The notes under the pieces were generated by a model. The model did not search any database. It saw nothing but the letters and a program-made list of their open reading frames with translations, and had not been told where the DNA came from. The translations under genes were made by a program, and so were the position numbers. Positions 43,621 through 55,494 of a stretch of DNA of 64,000 nucleotides are shown one piece after another. The stretch is taken from the NCBI RefSeq assembly GCF_009914755.1, contig NC_060931.1, one strand, 5' to 3'. This DNA is from the human T2T-CHM13v2.0 reference genome, Homo sapiens. The first letter of the stretch is position 1, and each line of letters opens with the position of its first letter.

Positions 43621-44886
43621 CGTTTTGCCATTCTCTACAGCAGACCAAAGAGTGCATCAAATGTACATTATTTCAGCATAGATAATGAACTCGAATATGA
43701 GAACTTCTCCGAAGACTTTGGACCACTCAATCTGGCAATGGTTTACAGATATTGTTGCAAGATAAATAAGAAATTAAAGTCCATTACAATGTTAAGGAAG
43801 AAAATTGTTCATTTTACTGGCTCTGATCAGAGAAAACAAGCAAATGCTGCCTTCCTTGTTGGATGCTACATGGTTATATACTTGGGGAGAACCCCAGAAG
43901 CAGCATATAGAATATTAATCTTTGGAGATACACCCTATATTCCTTTCAGAGATGCTGCCTATGGAAGCTGCAATTTCTACATTACACTTCTTGACTGTTT
44001 TCATGCAGTAAAGAAGGCAATGCAATATGGCTTCCTTAATTTCAACTCATTTAACCTTGATGAATATGAACACTATGAAAAAGCAGAAAACGGAGATTTA
44101 AATTGGATAATACCAGACCGATTTATTGCCTTCTGTGGACCTCATTCAAGAGCCAGACTTGAAAGTGGTTACCACCAACATTCTCCCGAGACTTATATTC
44201 AATATTTTAAGAATCACAATGTTACTACCATTATTCGTCTGAATAAAAGGATGTATGATGCCAAACGCTTTACAGATGCTGGCTTCGATCACCATGATCT
44301 TTTCTTTGCGGATGGCAGCACCCCTACTGATGCCATTGTCAAAAGATTTCTGGATATCTGTGAAAATGCTGAGGGTGCCATTGCAGTACATTGTAAAGCT
44401 GGCCTTGGTCGCACAGGCACTCTGATAGCCTGCTACATCATGAAGCATTACAGGATGACAGCAGCCGAGACCATTGCGTGGGTAAGGATCTGCAGACCTG
44501 GCTTGGTGATCGGGCCTCAGCAGCAGTTTTTGGTGATGAAGCAAACAAGCCTCTGGCTGGAAGGGGACTATTTTCGTCAGAGGTTAAAGGGGCAGGAGAA
44601 TGGACAACACAGAGCAGCCTTCTCCAAACTTCTCTCTGGTGTTGATGACATTTCCATAAATGGGGTCGAGAATCAAGACCAGCAAGAACCCAAACCTTAC
44701 GGTGATGACGACGAAATCAATGGAGTGACACAAGGTGATAGAAGTCGGGCCCTGAAAAGGCGAAGACAATCAAAAACAAACGATATTCTTCTCCCATCTC
44801 CCCTGGCTGTGCTGACCTTTACACTGTGTAGTGTTGTCATCTGGTGGATTGTTTGTGACTACATTCTTCCCATCCTGCTATTCTGA
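43543..44886 (+). CDS. CDC14C: Dual-specificity protein phosphatase CDC14C (CDC14Bretro), intronless retrogene, 447 aa
   Basis: Uninterrupted ORF similar to CDC14B over both DSP-fold domains: [14 protein letters not shown], general-acid loop FFADGSTP and catalytic [10 protein letters not shown] (Cys codon 44392-44394). No introns. The first in-frame ATG is 43543 (A at -3) and the frame is closed upstream by TGA at 43369. The C-terminal tail is hydrophobic. Confidence 0.93.
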   Translation: MRSSTLQDPRRRDPQDDVYVDITDRLRFAILYSRPKSASNVHYFSIDNELEYENFSEDFGPLNLAMVYRYCCKINKKLKSITMLRKKIVHFTGSDQRKQANAAFLVGCYMVIYLGRTPEAAYRILIFGDTPYIPFRDAAYGSCNFYITLLDCFHAVKKAMQYGFLNFNSFNLDEYEHYEKAENGDLNWIIPDRFIAFCGPHSRARLESGYHQHSPETYIQYFKNHNVTTIIRLNKRMYDAKRFTDAGFDHHDLFFADGSTPTDAIVKRFLDICENAEGAIAVHCKAGLGRTGTLIACYIMKHYRMTAAETIAWVRICRPGLVIGPQQQFLVMKQTSLWLEGDYFRQRLKGQENGQHRAAFSKLLSGVDDISINGVENQDQQEPKPYGDDDEINGVTQGDRSRALKRRRQSKTNDILLPSPLAVLTFTLCSVVIWWIVCDYILPILLF

Positions 44887-47800
44887 CTCAAAGATTTCAG
44901 AACATAGTAGCCATCAGGACCCCCTGACAGATAGCTGCTTCTCTCCATTTCAAGGACTAAAATGGTTTTGCATTAAGTAAAAACCTGTGACCAGAACTGA
45001 AGGAAGACTCTAGGAACTGAAAACTGCAACAGAAATTAGCACAATTTGAAAACAAAACAAAATTGCAAAAGACTTAGTTGCTTTCCACCTAAGAAGCTAA
45101 TCAATGGAGAAAATGTCCACTGGGGTTTCAGTAATGAACTTTTGAGTTTGGGTGCAAGCAAATGTACCAAGACCAGCTCAGTCAGGGAGACCCTACCCCA
45201 GTGGTGCTAGAGGAATTAAAGACACACACACAGAAATACAGAGGTGTAAAGTGGGAAATCAGGGGTCTCACAGCCTTCAGAGCTGAGAGACCCGAACAGA
45301 GATTTACCCACATATTGATTAACAGCAAACAAGTCATTAGCATTGTTTCTATAGATATTAAATTAACTAAAAGTATCCCTTATGGGAAACGAAGGGATGG
45401 CCCTAATTAAAGGCATAGGTTGGGCTAGTTAACTGCGGCAGGAGCACGTCCTTAAGGCACAGATGGCTCATGCTATTGTTTGTGGCTTAAGAATGCCTTT
45501 AAGCAGTTTTCCACTCTGGGCTGGGTGGGCCAGGTGTTCCTTGCCCTCATTCCGGTAAACCCACACCCTTCCAGCGTGGGCATTAGGGCCATTATGAACA
45601 TGATACTGTGCTGCAGAGATTTTATTTATGGCCAGTTTTGGGGCCAGTTTATGGCTGGATTTTGGGGGGCTTGCTCCCAAAAAGAATGACTCAAAGAAAG
45701 GCCCAGCTCTCAAGCTGAATGACAAAAATGCTGTTGTAAATTTAGTCTCAGGTGTAAATACCCAAGCCCTCTGGTACTCAGGGAGCTGGCTGGTCTGTGG
45801 TGCATGTGTGTCCTTGTGATGGCAAGCATTGTAGTTGATGGCCTTCAGAAGAATTGAGGATCTGATGGAGGTTTTTTAATGTATTTATTTTCTGTTCAGC
45901 TTGTGACCCTGTGTCAAAATTTGTAAAGATACAAAAGGCATTACTGAAATGGTACTTTCTGTAATTTGATACTATTTGGCTTTACCATCTTCAGTTGACT
46001 GTTTGTAATACTGTAGTAATATTAACTCTGATAAGTACCCAAGCTGCTTGTCTTCTACCAAAGAGTGCTTTATTAACAAGAATCTGTGAAAACCACATTT
46101 AAACACTGTTGCATGTTGTAATACCAGGTGATACCTTGGTAACCTAAAACTTGCAAGAGAATATTAGTGGTAGCTTTAGAAGACTCAGGAGGAGAAACTG
46201 ACTTCAGAGCTGGAAGATGTTGCAAGTCATTCCTTTTTCTGTCCTTTAGGGACTGAAGAACTGGGAGGTTGCCCATTGTTTGGTTGCCAGTCATACAAAT
46301 TAAAATCATATTTCCTTCCATGCATGGAAAAAACACACTATTGGTTTTTCGCCTTGGAAACAGCAATCCCAAATAATGTCGGCTTTAAAAAAAAAAAGTT
46401 ACCGCTTTTTTAGAGTCCTTCTCTGTAATATTGGATTTTTTTTTCCTTATGAGATCAGCCTAAGGCCATTGATAAGGCCTGTGATCTCAGTAACAATGAT
46501 CTGCTTCTGAATCTCACTGTTGCCTTTGGCTAGGGAACACAACTAGTAACTCTGCAGAGTGCCTTCTCCCGCAACCCTACTGGAACACAGCAGAGTCTGT
46601 GCCATGAAGAAATTAGAGAAACAGAATTGTTTCGCTGCTAAAAAAAAAAGGGGGGGCCCAAAATAAAAGAATATTTAGTACTCACCTCAGTTCCTTCCAT
46701 AAGAAGTGGGTGGTTTAATGATTGTTAACCCATTTTTGCCTGTGCTGGGAGCATGGAGGGCTGAGATGTTGACAGGCAGTGGGAAACAAATGCCCTCCTA
46801 AGTCACAAGGCGTGCGCCAGATCAGGAGGCAACTCCATTTTAAGAAGCTGCCTTTTTCATAAAACTGTAAGAAACCAAAGCAGTTGGAATAAACAAGTTA
46901 AAGTCTTTAATGCAAAAAGTAATTGAAAGGCAGTGCCTCCATTTTGGTGTACTTTCTTGGAAGAAAGTACGAAATTGACCGGCATCAGGAGAGACGGAAG
47001 ATGCCGTATTCTCAGCCAAACAAGTGACTCTTTCCCTGCCAAGCACTACGGGGTGGGGTCAGGCTAGCTTTTAAACACTGGGGACTGGATCACAGAAAAA
47101 CAGTGGTTTTCTGTCCCTGGAAATGAATAGGCACAAAGACCCACTTGGCTGTGGGAAGACCACTCTTCAATAAGATTTTGGTGGGAGGAGGAACATTCCT
47201 TTTGCTATTTTAAGCTGAGACAATACAAATATTTAAACTGTGCCATGCATAAAGCATTGAATTCTCAGGGCACTTCTTCTTCCCCTTACCCTTTTTAAGG
47301 CCATCCCCTTCATAAATAATAATCTAGGTAGTTGTGAAAATTGTGCTTCCATCTGATTCCTTCTTAGTTTGGCTTTTCATCCCATCAGAACAAGTAAATG
47401 TGGGTGCCACAGCTTTTGTGAGTACTGTCTCCCTCACGGTGAACAAGCCTCCTGGTGTTTCGTCCGAGAAAGGGAAGGGTGTTGGTGGAACCACAGTCCT
47501 TTTTCATTTTATAAACTGCCTCTTCATGTTGCCTGCTCAAGTTTCCACCTAGAATTGCTATCACTGTGACTCTTTCTAAAAATCCTTCTGTTTAACTGGT
47601 TCACTGAAATTAGTCATAGAAAATTTGTGATTTGGTGAAGAAACATTCCTTGTAATAATCAAATGACTTGGGATGGTGTGCATAGCAACAGTGTTACACT
47701 TACGGGGACCGTCTCTAGACTTATGGGGACCATCTCTAGAATCCAAGAAGTCTCTGGGTCTGAGGGATGGAAAGTTCTTCCTGCTATGAATGAGAGTGGA

Positions 47801-48318
47801 CTCTTCCCCTCACCCCCAACTAAAACCACAAACACCCAGAATCTTCTGGGATTAGAGTCCTTGTTATAGAAGACCTTGTTGCTATGGAACATGAAACTGT
47901 GTCTGTCAGATAGATTCCCTTAAGAGCCTTAAATAGCCCTGAAAGTACACCGGGACAGTTTGCGATGGAATTAAAATTAGAAGTGAATATTTTTAGGTGC
48001 CCTTGAAGCTTTCTGGGGACTCAAAATTATCAAGAGTCAAGGACAGTCTGGAGGAAGAGCATCTGCAAAACTGGGTTCCTGGAAGTAGGGACGGACGTGG
48101 CTTTTTGTAGAACTTAGTGGAGAGCAGCTCCTCATGAGAGCAGAATGGCCTGGCGTGGCCAGTGCTTCCCGGCAGCACGCGGGTCTGCCGGCCTCCAGAA
48201 TTTCCCCGTTCTGAGCTTGATGCCCCTAGCCTGTTCCCTACCTACTTCCTCCCTTCCCCTCTAGCCCTCTCACAGGGGTGATTGCTACCTCTCTCTTTTC
48301 TTGGGCCTAGGCAAGTTT
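44887..48318 (+). other. Retrocopied CDC14B-type 3' UTR (interrupted by MER9)
   Basis: Contiguous non-repetitive sequence after the stop codon that rejoins across the MER9 (…gcaagcaaatg|…aatgactca…) and ends abruptly at an MLT2. Identity of the distal part with the CDC14B UTR is from recollection and should be confirmed by BLAST. Confidence 0.6.
45165..45682 (-). mobile_element. MER9 solo LTR of HERV-K(HML-3), antisense to CDC14C
   Basis: Reverse complement begins ..TTGGGAGCAAGCCCCCCAAAATCCAGCCATAAACTGGCCCCAAAACTGGCCATAAATAAAATCTCTGCAGCAC and ends ...GAGCTGGTCTTGGTA; ~518 bp. Flanks caaatg / agaatg form a degenerate TSD. Confidence 0.9.
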
Positions 48319-48937
48319 TCATGTGACAACTTAACTGGATCATAGGGTGCCTGGATACTTGGTCAAACATCATTCTAGGGGTATCTGTGAGGGCATTTGT
48401 GGATGTGATTAACATTGGATTCAGTAGACTGAGTAGAACAGATTGCCCTTCCTCGGGTGGGTGTACAGCATCATCTACTCGGGTGAAGACCTGAATAGAA
48501 CAAAAAGTTGAAGGAAGGATGAATTCACTCTCCTCTTTGCCTGAAGGCTTGAGCTGGAACATTGGTCTTCTGCTGCCTTCAGACTGGAAATTACAACATT
48601 GATGCCCCTGATTCTTGGGCCCTTAAACTCAGACTGGGATTATGCAACTGGTTTTCTTGGGTCTCCAACATGCAGCGATCAAATTACAGGATTTCTCAGC
48701 ATCCATAATCACGTGAGCCTATTCCTTATGATAAATATCTTCCTATAGATTGTGTATATAGATACAGATATATGATATCTGTTATATTCTATCTACATAG
48801 TGTGAAAGCATATGTATCTTTAGATCTATATCTATATGTATGTATGTATGTATGTAGGTAGGTGTCTATCTATCTATCTAATCTACCTACCAATCATCTA
48901 TTTTATTGATTCTGTTTTTCTGGAGAAACTTGGCTAG
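48316..48937 (+). mobile_element. MLT2 (D/B-like) ERVL LTR, missing its first ~12 nt
   Basis: atgtgacaacttaactgga...ggtcaaacatcattct...cagtagactgagta...attctgtttttctggagaa, with the internal TA/TCTA tract typical of MLT2. Confidence 0.85.
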
Positions 48938-48938
48938 T

Positions 48939-50055
48939 GAAATGCATCCTTAGGCAATTTTATCATTGTATAAACATCATACAGTGTACTCACACAGTCA
49001 AAGATGGGATAGCCTACTACACACCTAAACTATATGGTATAGCCTATTGCTTCTAGGCCACAAACCTGTACATCATGTACTAAATATGGTAGGCAATTGT
49101 AAAACAATGGCGAATATTGGTTTATCTAAACTTAGAAAAGTTGGTGGAAGGTGGAAGTATGACAGATAAAAAATGATACACTTTTATAGGGAGCTTATCA
49201 TGAATGGAGCTTACAGAACTGTAAGTTGCCCTGGGTGAGACAGTGAGTGAGTGCTAAGCAAATGTGAAGGCCTAGAACATTAGGATACACTACTGTAGAC
49301 TTTATAATCACTATACACTTAGGCTACATAAAATTTATTGAAAAATATTTTTCTCTGATAAAAATTAACCCTAGCTTCCTGTAACTATTTTACTTTATTA
49401 AGACTTAGCTTAAAACACATTGTGCAACTGTACAAAATTATTTCCTTTCTTTATATTTTTATTCTATATGCTGTTTTCTGTTTTTAAATCTTAATTTTAT
49501 TATTTACTTTTTAAACTTTTTGTTAAAAACTAAGACAGAAACACATACACTAGCCAAGGCCCACACAGGTCAGCATTGTCAGTATCACTGTCTTCCACCT
49601 CCACATCTTGTCCCACTGGGAGGTCTTCCGGGGAAAATAACATGCATGGAGCTGTCATCTCCTGTGATAACAATACTTTCTTCTGGACACCTCCTGAAGG
49701 ACCTGCCTGAAGATGTTTTACAGTTAACTTTTTTTTAAGTAGAAGTACACTTTAAAACAATAATAAAAGCATAATATAGTAAATACAAAACCAGCAACAT
49801 AGTCATTTGTTACAATTATCAAGTATTATGTACTGTACTTCATTGTATCTGCTATAATTTTATATAACTGGCCACATAGTAGATTTCTCTACACCAGCAT
49901 GTCCCCAAATATGTGCGTAATGCTTTATGCTACCTCATAGTGATATGACATCACTAGGCAATAGGAGTTATTCAGCTGCATTGTAATCTCATGGGACCGT
50001 CCTCACACATGCGGTTCATCTTTGATGTGTGGCATCATTATGCAGCACATGACCA
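48939..50055 (-). mobile_element. Tigger3b-like DNA transposon
   Basis: gatagcctactacacacctaaactatatggtatagcctattgc...; ends tgtaatctcatgggacc...ttatgcagcacatgacca|ta. Confidence 0.85.
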
Positions 50056-50069
50056 TAGATGGCAATACT

Positions 50070-50830
50070 ACTTCCAAATCACACCCTGGATTCTTCCTCT
50101 TCTCCCCATTGCCTCATTGTGTCAGCAGTTTTTCCTATCCTCATTCACCTGGATCACAGCAATAGCCATCTAACCAGTTTATTTATTTCCTTTCTTGACT
50201 TCCTATACTACAGTATTTATCTCCATCATAGCCTGGGTTATCATCTATAAATGAAAATCAGTTCACCACTTTTTCACATTTAAAACCATTAGAGGCTTCC
50301 CATCAGAGCATAAACTCTACCTTCTTGCCACGGCTTGCACAGGTTCTTCATGGTCTGCCACTGGCTACTGCCCCCACTTCATTCCACACCATCCTTGAGC
50401 TGGCCACCAAGCTCATCCCCAGTGCCTTTTGTTATGTGTGGACTTTTGTACTTCTGCCAGAGGGACTTCACACTAAGAGGTATTTCCAGCCTGATATACT
50501 CTTTCCTATGACATTCACACCACAGATTGCTTCTTATCATTCAGATTTCAGAAACAACTTTCCAGATGGTCTCAACCAACTGTCCTGATTCTCCTGTCCA
50601 CTGCACAGTAATCCCGGCTCAGCGTACATCACTATTTCCTAGTTTTCAAATGATTAAATGAATTTGTTGATGTGTTAGTTTATTTGCTTCCTCTCTATCT
50701 GACTCATGAGGATGTATATTTTCTGAGAGAAAGAAGCAATTATTCAACACTATTTCTTCAGTTCCAGGTACAGAGGAGTGTCTAATATAGAATAACCATC
50801 CCAAAGTATTTGTTGAACTAAGCAATGTGA
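50070..50830 (+). mobile_element. L2 3' fragment
   Basis: ttcttcctcttctccccattgcc...cacctggatcacagcaatagcc...ggcttcccatc...agtatttgttgaact. Confidence 0.6.
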
Positions 50831-51007
50831 AACATTTATTTAAATAGTGTACATCGAATGAATTTGGTACAAATGCACAATTTATATGTCAAATCTACCT
50901 TAATTCTTTCCTCATTAGTATGCTGTAATTAAAATACATACAAACGTAAGGAATTCAATTATGTAACAATACTGCATTGTGTGATGGTTTTCAATGCTTT
51001 ATGATCT

Positions 51008-51368
51008 TATCTTTCTCAGCTTGGATGGCTATAACAAATTACCATAAGCTGGGTGGCTGATATAAAACAAAAACTGATTTCTCACAGTTCTGGAGGCTGA
51101 AAAGTTCAAAGTCAAGGCAGCAGTAAGCAGGTTTAGTGTCTGGTGAGTGTGTACTTCCTGGTCATATATGGTTTCTTTTCACAATGTCCTCAGATGGTGG
51201 AAGGGGAGCTCTCTGGGCCTCCTTTATGAAGGCACTAATCCCATCTGTGAGAGCTCCACCTTCATGACCTAATCACTTTCAGGAGGCCCCACCTCCAACC
51301 ACCATCATATTGGAGATTAGATTTTTTCATAAAAATTTTTGGGAGATAAAAACATTCAGTCTCTTATT
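51008..51368 (-). mobile_element. MLT1A/A0 MaLR LTR
   Basis: gctataacaaattaccataagctgggtggct...tttctcacagttctggaggctg...ggcactaatccc...aggccccacctcc...aacattcagtc. Confidence 0.8.
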
Positions 51369-54300
51369 ATCATCCACAAAATGAAAACACAGAATAAAAT
51401 AATTATCATGAGGAACTCACAGCTCCCTGAAACATATCTATGGGTTTCAGTTTTTGAATGTACTAGACAAGCATTGAGTCAGTCTCCTCTGAATGTCTGG
51501 ATTCAACCGAGTTTCTAAATGCAGGATTTTTAGATTAGTGGTGACTGAAGGAACTCCTGATTTCTTCCTTGAGAGGCCTGGACTGAGCATAGTAAATCTT
51601 CCCTCCTAATATCTCAATAGAATCATCGAAGTACAAAGCTGCTCTCCTGAAGAGTTTGATAGAATTCAGTACAGTTAATAATTTAACTAGCTCTCATGAC
51701 TGGAGTCTGGGGCTCCTAACTCATAAACATAAAGGTATGTGCCAATAAGTTAATTTCAGATAAAAAAGATGGATGAGTCTATGCTTTTTTTTCTTTGTTT
51801 TTATTTTATTCTAATCTCTGATGATTCATTACTGTATTAGATATCATTGCTATTGCATGAGCAAAAAATTCTGTGTTTCCACAGTAAATGGAAAAGGATG
51901 TATAACCTCATTATTGATATAATGCCATTAAATTAGTTGAAATGCAATGATCACACAGTGCCTTTGGCAAGGCTGGGCACCCTCATGGGAACTGAAACTT
52001 GATGTGAAATCAACATGTTGTATTAGTTAATGCACAATGTAGTGACACATCATAGGTAAATGGCTAATAGGCAGCAGCAATAGCTGATTGTCCATATAAC
52101 TGACCCTTGTCTATTATAATTTTTAAAAATGATGTTTTTATAAAAGAAAAGCAAATTACAAAGAACCTGAAAAATTAAGGCCCCAGACTGTTACTGTGAA
52201 CAAGTCCTTGACATTATTCTATCCCACTATATTCTTATACTGGTTTAAGAATTTAGAGCTAAAAGTTTTGATATATAAAACAATGATAAATCAGGCTACT
52301 ATGGTGTTTTTTTAAAAGACTTGCTATTATTTTAGCTCAGAAGAGACAAACTCATGGAATGATATTTTGTTAACACAAACTCCCTGTTTGCTTGAGTTTG
52401 CACTTGTTAAATTTTGACTGAGGGCTGGTCCACAGAAAGAGCTAAAAAGAGAAATCTCTCATAGAATCGCTGCCAGGCCTATAACAAAAGCCACCCTACT
52501 GGTTGTAGCTCTAATAATAAACTCTCTTTTATACAGGCCTTTCAAAGTTACAGGGTCACAAAGTGCCTTGAAATAAATTTCAAAGGGAACAGCAAATTCT
52601 GGAATCACACCCAAACTCTTTATATTCATGACTGTAACAGAGTTAATAAATTGTGGGCATAAATGAATAACTGCAATGTCCTGCTTGGAAACCCAGTGGT
52701 GAGTGTGTTCATCAGATAAAAATGACCAGGTGTTGACAGGCAATAGAAAGGAATTATGAGCAGCAGGGGTTTAGTATCGATACCTCACGAATTTAACTTA
52801 TGTGTCAGAAACAAGGCTAGGGCCCTGGGAGGGGAAGGCGCAGAGATATGTGTACTTTGCAGACTATTACTGCAAAGCTTGGTATAAAGAGAAACAGGAG
52901 ACCAAGCTGATTATCATATTCATGAGCTTGTCAACAATAATTGGCCAGATCCTTGTTAAAATAGAAACAGTAAGAGTCTTGACCGTTCATTTTCTGGGAT
53001 TATCTCCTATGCAAAGCCTGAGGGAGCCCAACTATCTCCTACTTCACATAAAGATGATTAATTTTCTTCCTTGTCTTTTTTTCTTCCTCCCATCAGTATT
53101 GAGAAAGAACAAATAATTTGAATGGAAGACTTAGCATATTTTGGATCCAAGACAGAGACTCTGTAGTCTCAGTTCTTTTCCACACCTAAGGGGACTGCAG
53201 ACATTTGAAATTTCATGAAGGAAGGTGGAGTGGAGCCTCTACCACATGTTAGCACCTGGTTCTCTTAAAAGGGAGACATTTTCTTCCCTCTTCTAAACTC
53301 CCAAAGCATCCCACTTCTTTGAGATCTAGCATTTTCTACTTTGTGTTAGACTTTACATAAATGTCATTTTTAACTATATGTTCTCTCCTCTGGTCACCTC
53401 TAACCACCTTTAAGAGAAATCTGTACACTAATTTCTCATCTCATTGACTAGTATTTTGTATATTGTACAGTATCAGTAAATATTCCTCATTTTCTCTATT
53501 TTTATCTCCATGGTAAGAAATTCCAAGATATGCTTTGTTAGTTTCCTAATTTGTTATTTTTTATTAGTCAGCAAAGGCTTTTTTATGTCTAGCTTACTGT
53601 ATATGTACTTGCTAAAGTCTATATTTATTTTTGTTAATTCTTCAAGGCAGTGAAGAATTCTTCTCTGATTTCTACTAACCTATAAATCACATATATGATT
53701 TTCATGTATTGGCATTTACGAAATTGCCTTTATTGTTAGCACACTGTAAAATCTATTGTAGGTAAAATTTAACTTCTCAAGGCAACTTGGAATGATGTTA
53801 ATATGTCATATCTCTGATTATGTCAATAAGTAACTATTGATTTGGAATTAGGTACCATTTCCTGCTTTACTATAGATTCCCTTGACCCAAAGAAAGATTA
53901 TTAGTCACTAAAGCCAAAACTTTCATTTAATGCTAAAAATTTTGCCAATATTTTACCAAATTACAATCTTGAATCTTGAACATAACACTTCCAGGGACTG
54001 GAGGTCGAAATCATCCTGTTCCATCTATGGGCATCTTTTCTGACGTAAAGTGCTTCCTGAACTAAAAGCAATATGTACTTAACTTTTCTTCAGTGGTCTT
54101 TGTCACAGACCTTGTAGGGAAAAAAAAAAAAAAAAAGGAAATATCTTATCCATAGACAGTCAAAACTATTTTAAAGTAGTTCCATTCTCTCACTGAATTT
54201 TCCTCATTTAGTGTAGTTTGGAGACTATTCACTGATGTAAACCCTGCCTGCTAACTGGGTTTGTTTGTGTTGCTGAGAGTGCTCTGCAAGTAGGCCAACA

Positions 54301-54439
54301 GTGCCAGGAGTGGGACAGGGCATTTTTTGTGCTGAAGTTATGGTCTCTGTGAAGCTGAGGTTCACAGTAGGACTTTTTTAAAATTCCACTACTCTGTTGA
54401 ATAATATTGAGCTTACAACTGAAAACCTCGTTTGTTTGT

Positions 54440-55440
54440 TTTTAATCTATGCATTTATTCATTCCTTGAAATATTGGGGCCCCTGTAAATACACTGGTGA
54501 ATTAGGTCAACACAGACCTCGCTCTCACAGATCTTAAAATCTAGAAGGCAAAAAATCAATTAACTCAGTGATATTTAGTTGCACAAAACATAATATGATA
54601 GGAGTAGCGTGTGGACCTGGAACTACAGAGAAGGTGTGCATATCCCAGTTAAAGGCCAGTTATGCTGACTCAGAGGACTGGGGAAGAACTGGAGGCTTGG
54701 GTACTGGAAATGGTGGTCTCCTGCAGAAGTTGGTGGTAGAGCAGAGAGAAGTGGGATCAGAAAATAGATATTTAGGAGGCAGATTTAGCAGGATTTAGTG
54801 ATTGATCATATGTGGAGCAGTAAAGGAAAGGAGAAATGCAAGATGATGTCAGATTTGTGGGTTGGGCACAAGGCTATTCATGGAAACAAGGAAGGAGAGG
54901 GGAGAGGCAGGATTGGGAGAGTAGAGAGGCAGCATTGGGTAGTACCTGAAATCACACTTGAACAGGGTAATGAAAATAGAAGAGGCCTCAAACACAGACA
55001 CAATCAAAATAGAAAGGATGATCCCAAGTTCAACATTCAATGATTCCAACACATTGGCTAGAAATGCGGAAGAAAAAGTCTGGTTTCAGGGAAACCAAGG
55101 GGCGAGGAGTTTAATACAGAAGGAGAGAGTCAGCAATGTCAGAAAGTACACAAAATTCAAAGATACCAAAGCCTTATAAAATTAATTTCATCCATTGATA
55201 AGAAAGCTATTCATGACTTAAAAAAATGATTTTGGTGAAATGGTGGAGGCAGAATATAATATATCTAAAGGTCAGGGGAAAGCAAAGAAGACAAGAAAGT
55301 GACTTTGGCAACAAAGTTCAGAGATCAGATCAGATTGAGTAGCAGGGCCTGTGAGGGGAAGGGTATTTTTAAGATTAAGAGATTGGGATACTGATTAAAG
55401 GGGCCTGGCACAAAAGGAGATACTAACAGCCTGTGAGAGA
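54440..55440 (-). mobile_element. L2 fragment
   Basis: atttattcattccttgaaatattg...gctctcacagatctta...; purine-rich reverse L2 sequence. Confidence 0.5.
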
Positions 55441-55494
55441 AGAGGAAGTCAGTTGAATTTTCCCAAGGGAAATGTTCTCCATAAAGCTTCTTCT

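Noticed and set aside
43035-43685. Overlapping 173-aa (minus), 94-aa (minus) and 137-aa (plus) ORFs over the CDC14C leader
   Set aside because: These are expected by chance in GC-rich, stop-poor DNA; they are Arg/Pro/Ala-rich with no recognisable domain.
44146-44769. Antisense ORFs inside CDC14C
   Set aside because: Shadow frames of a real CDS, with no independent evidence.
54120-54136. Isolated poly(A) run as a tail-only retro-insertion
   Set aside because: No convincing TSD or upstream element; indistinguishable from slippage.
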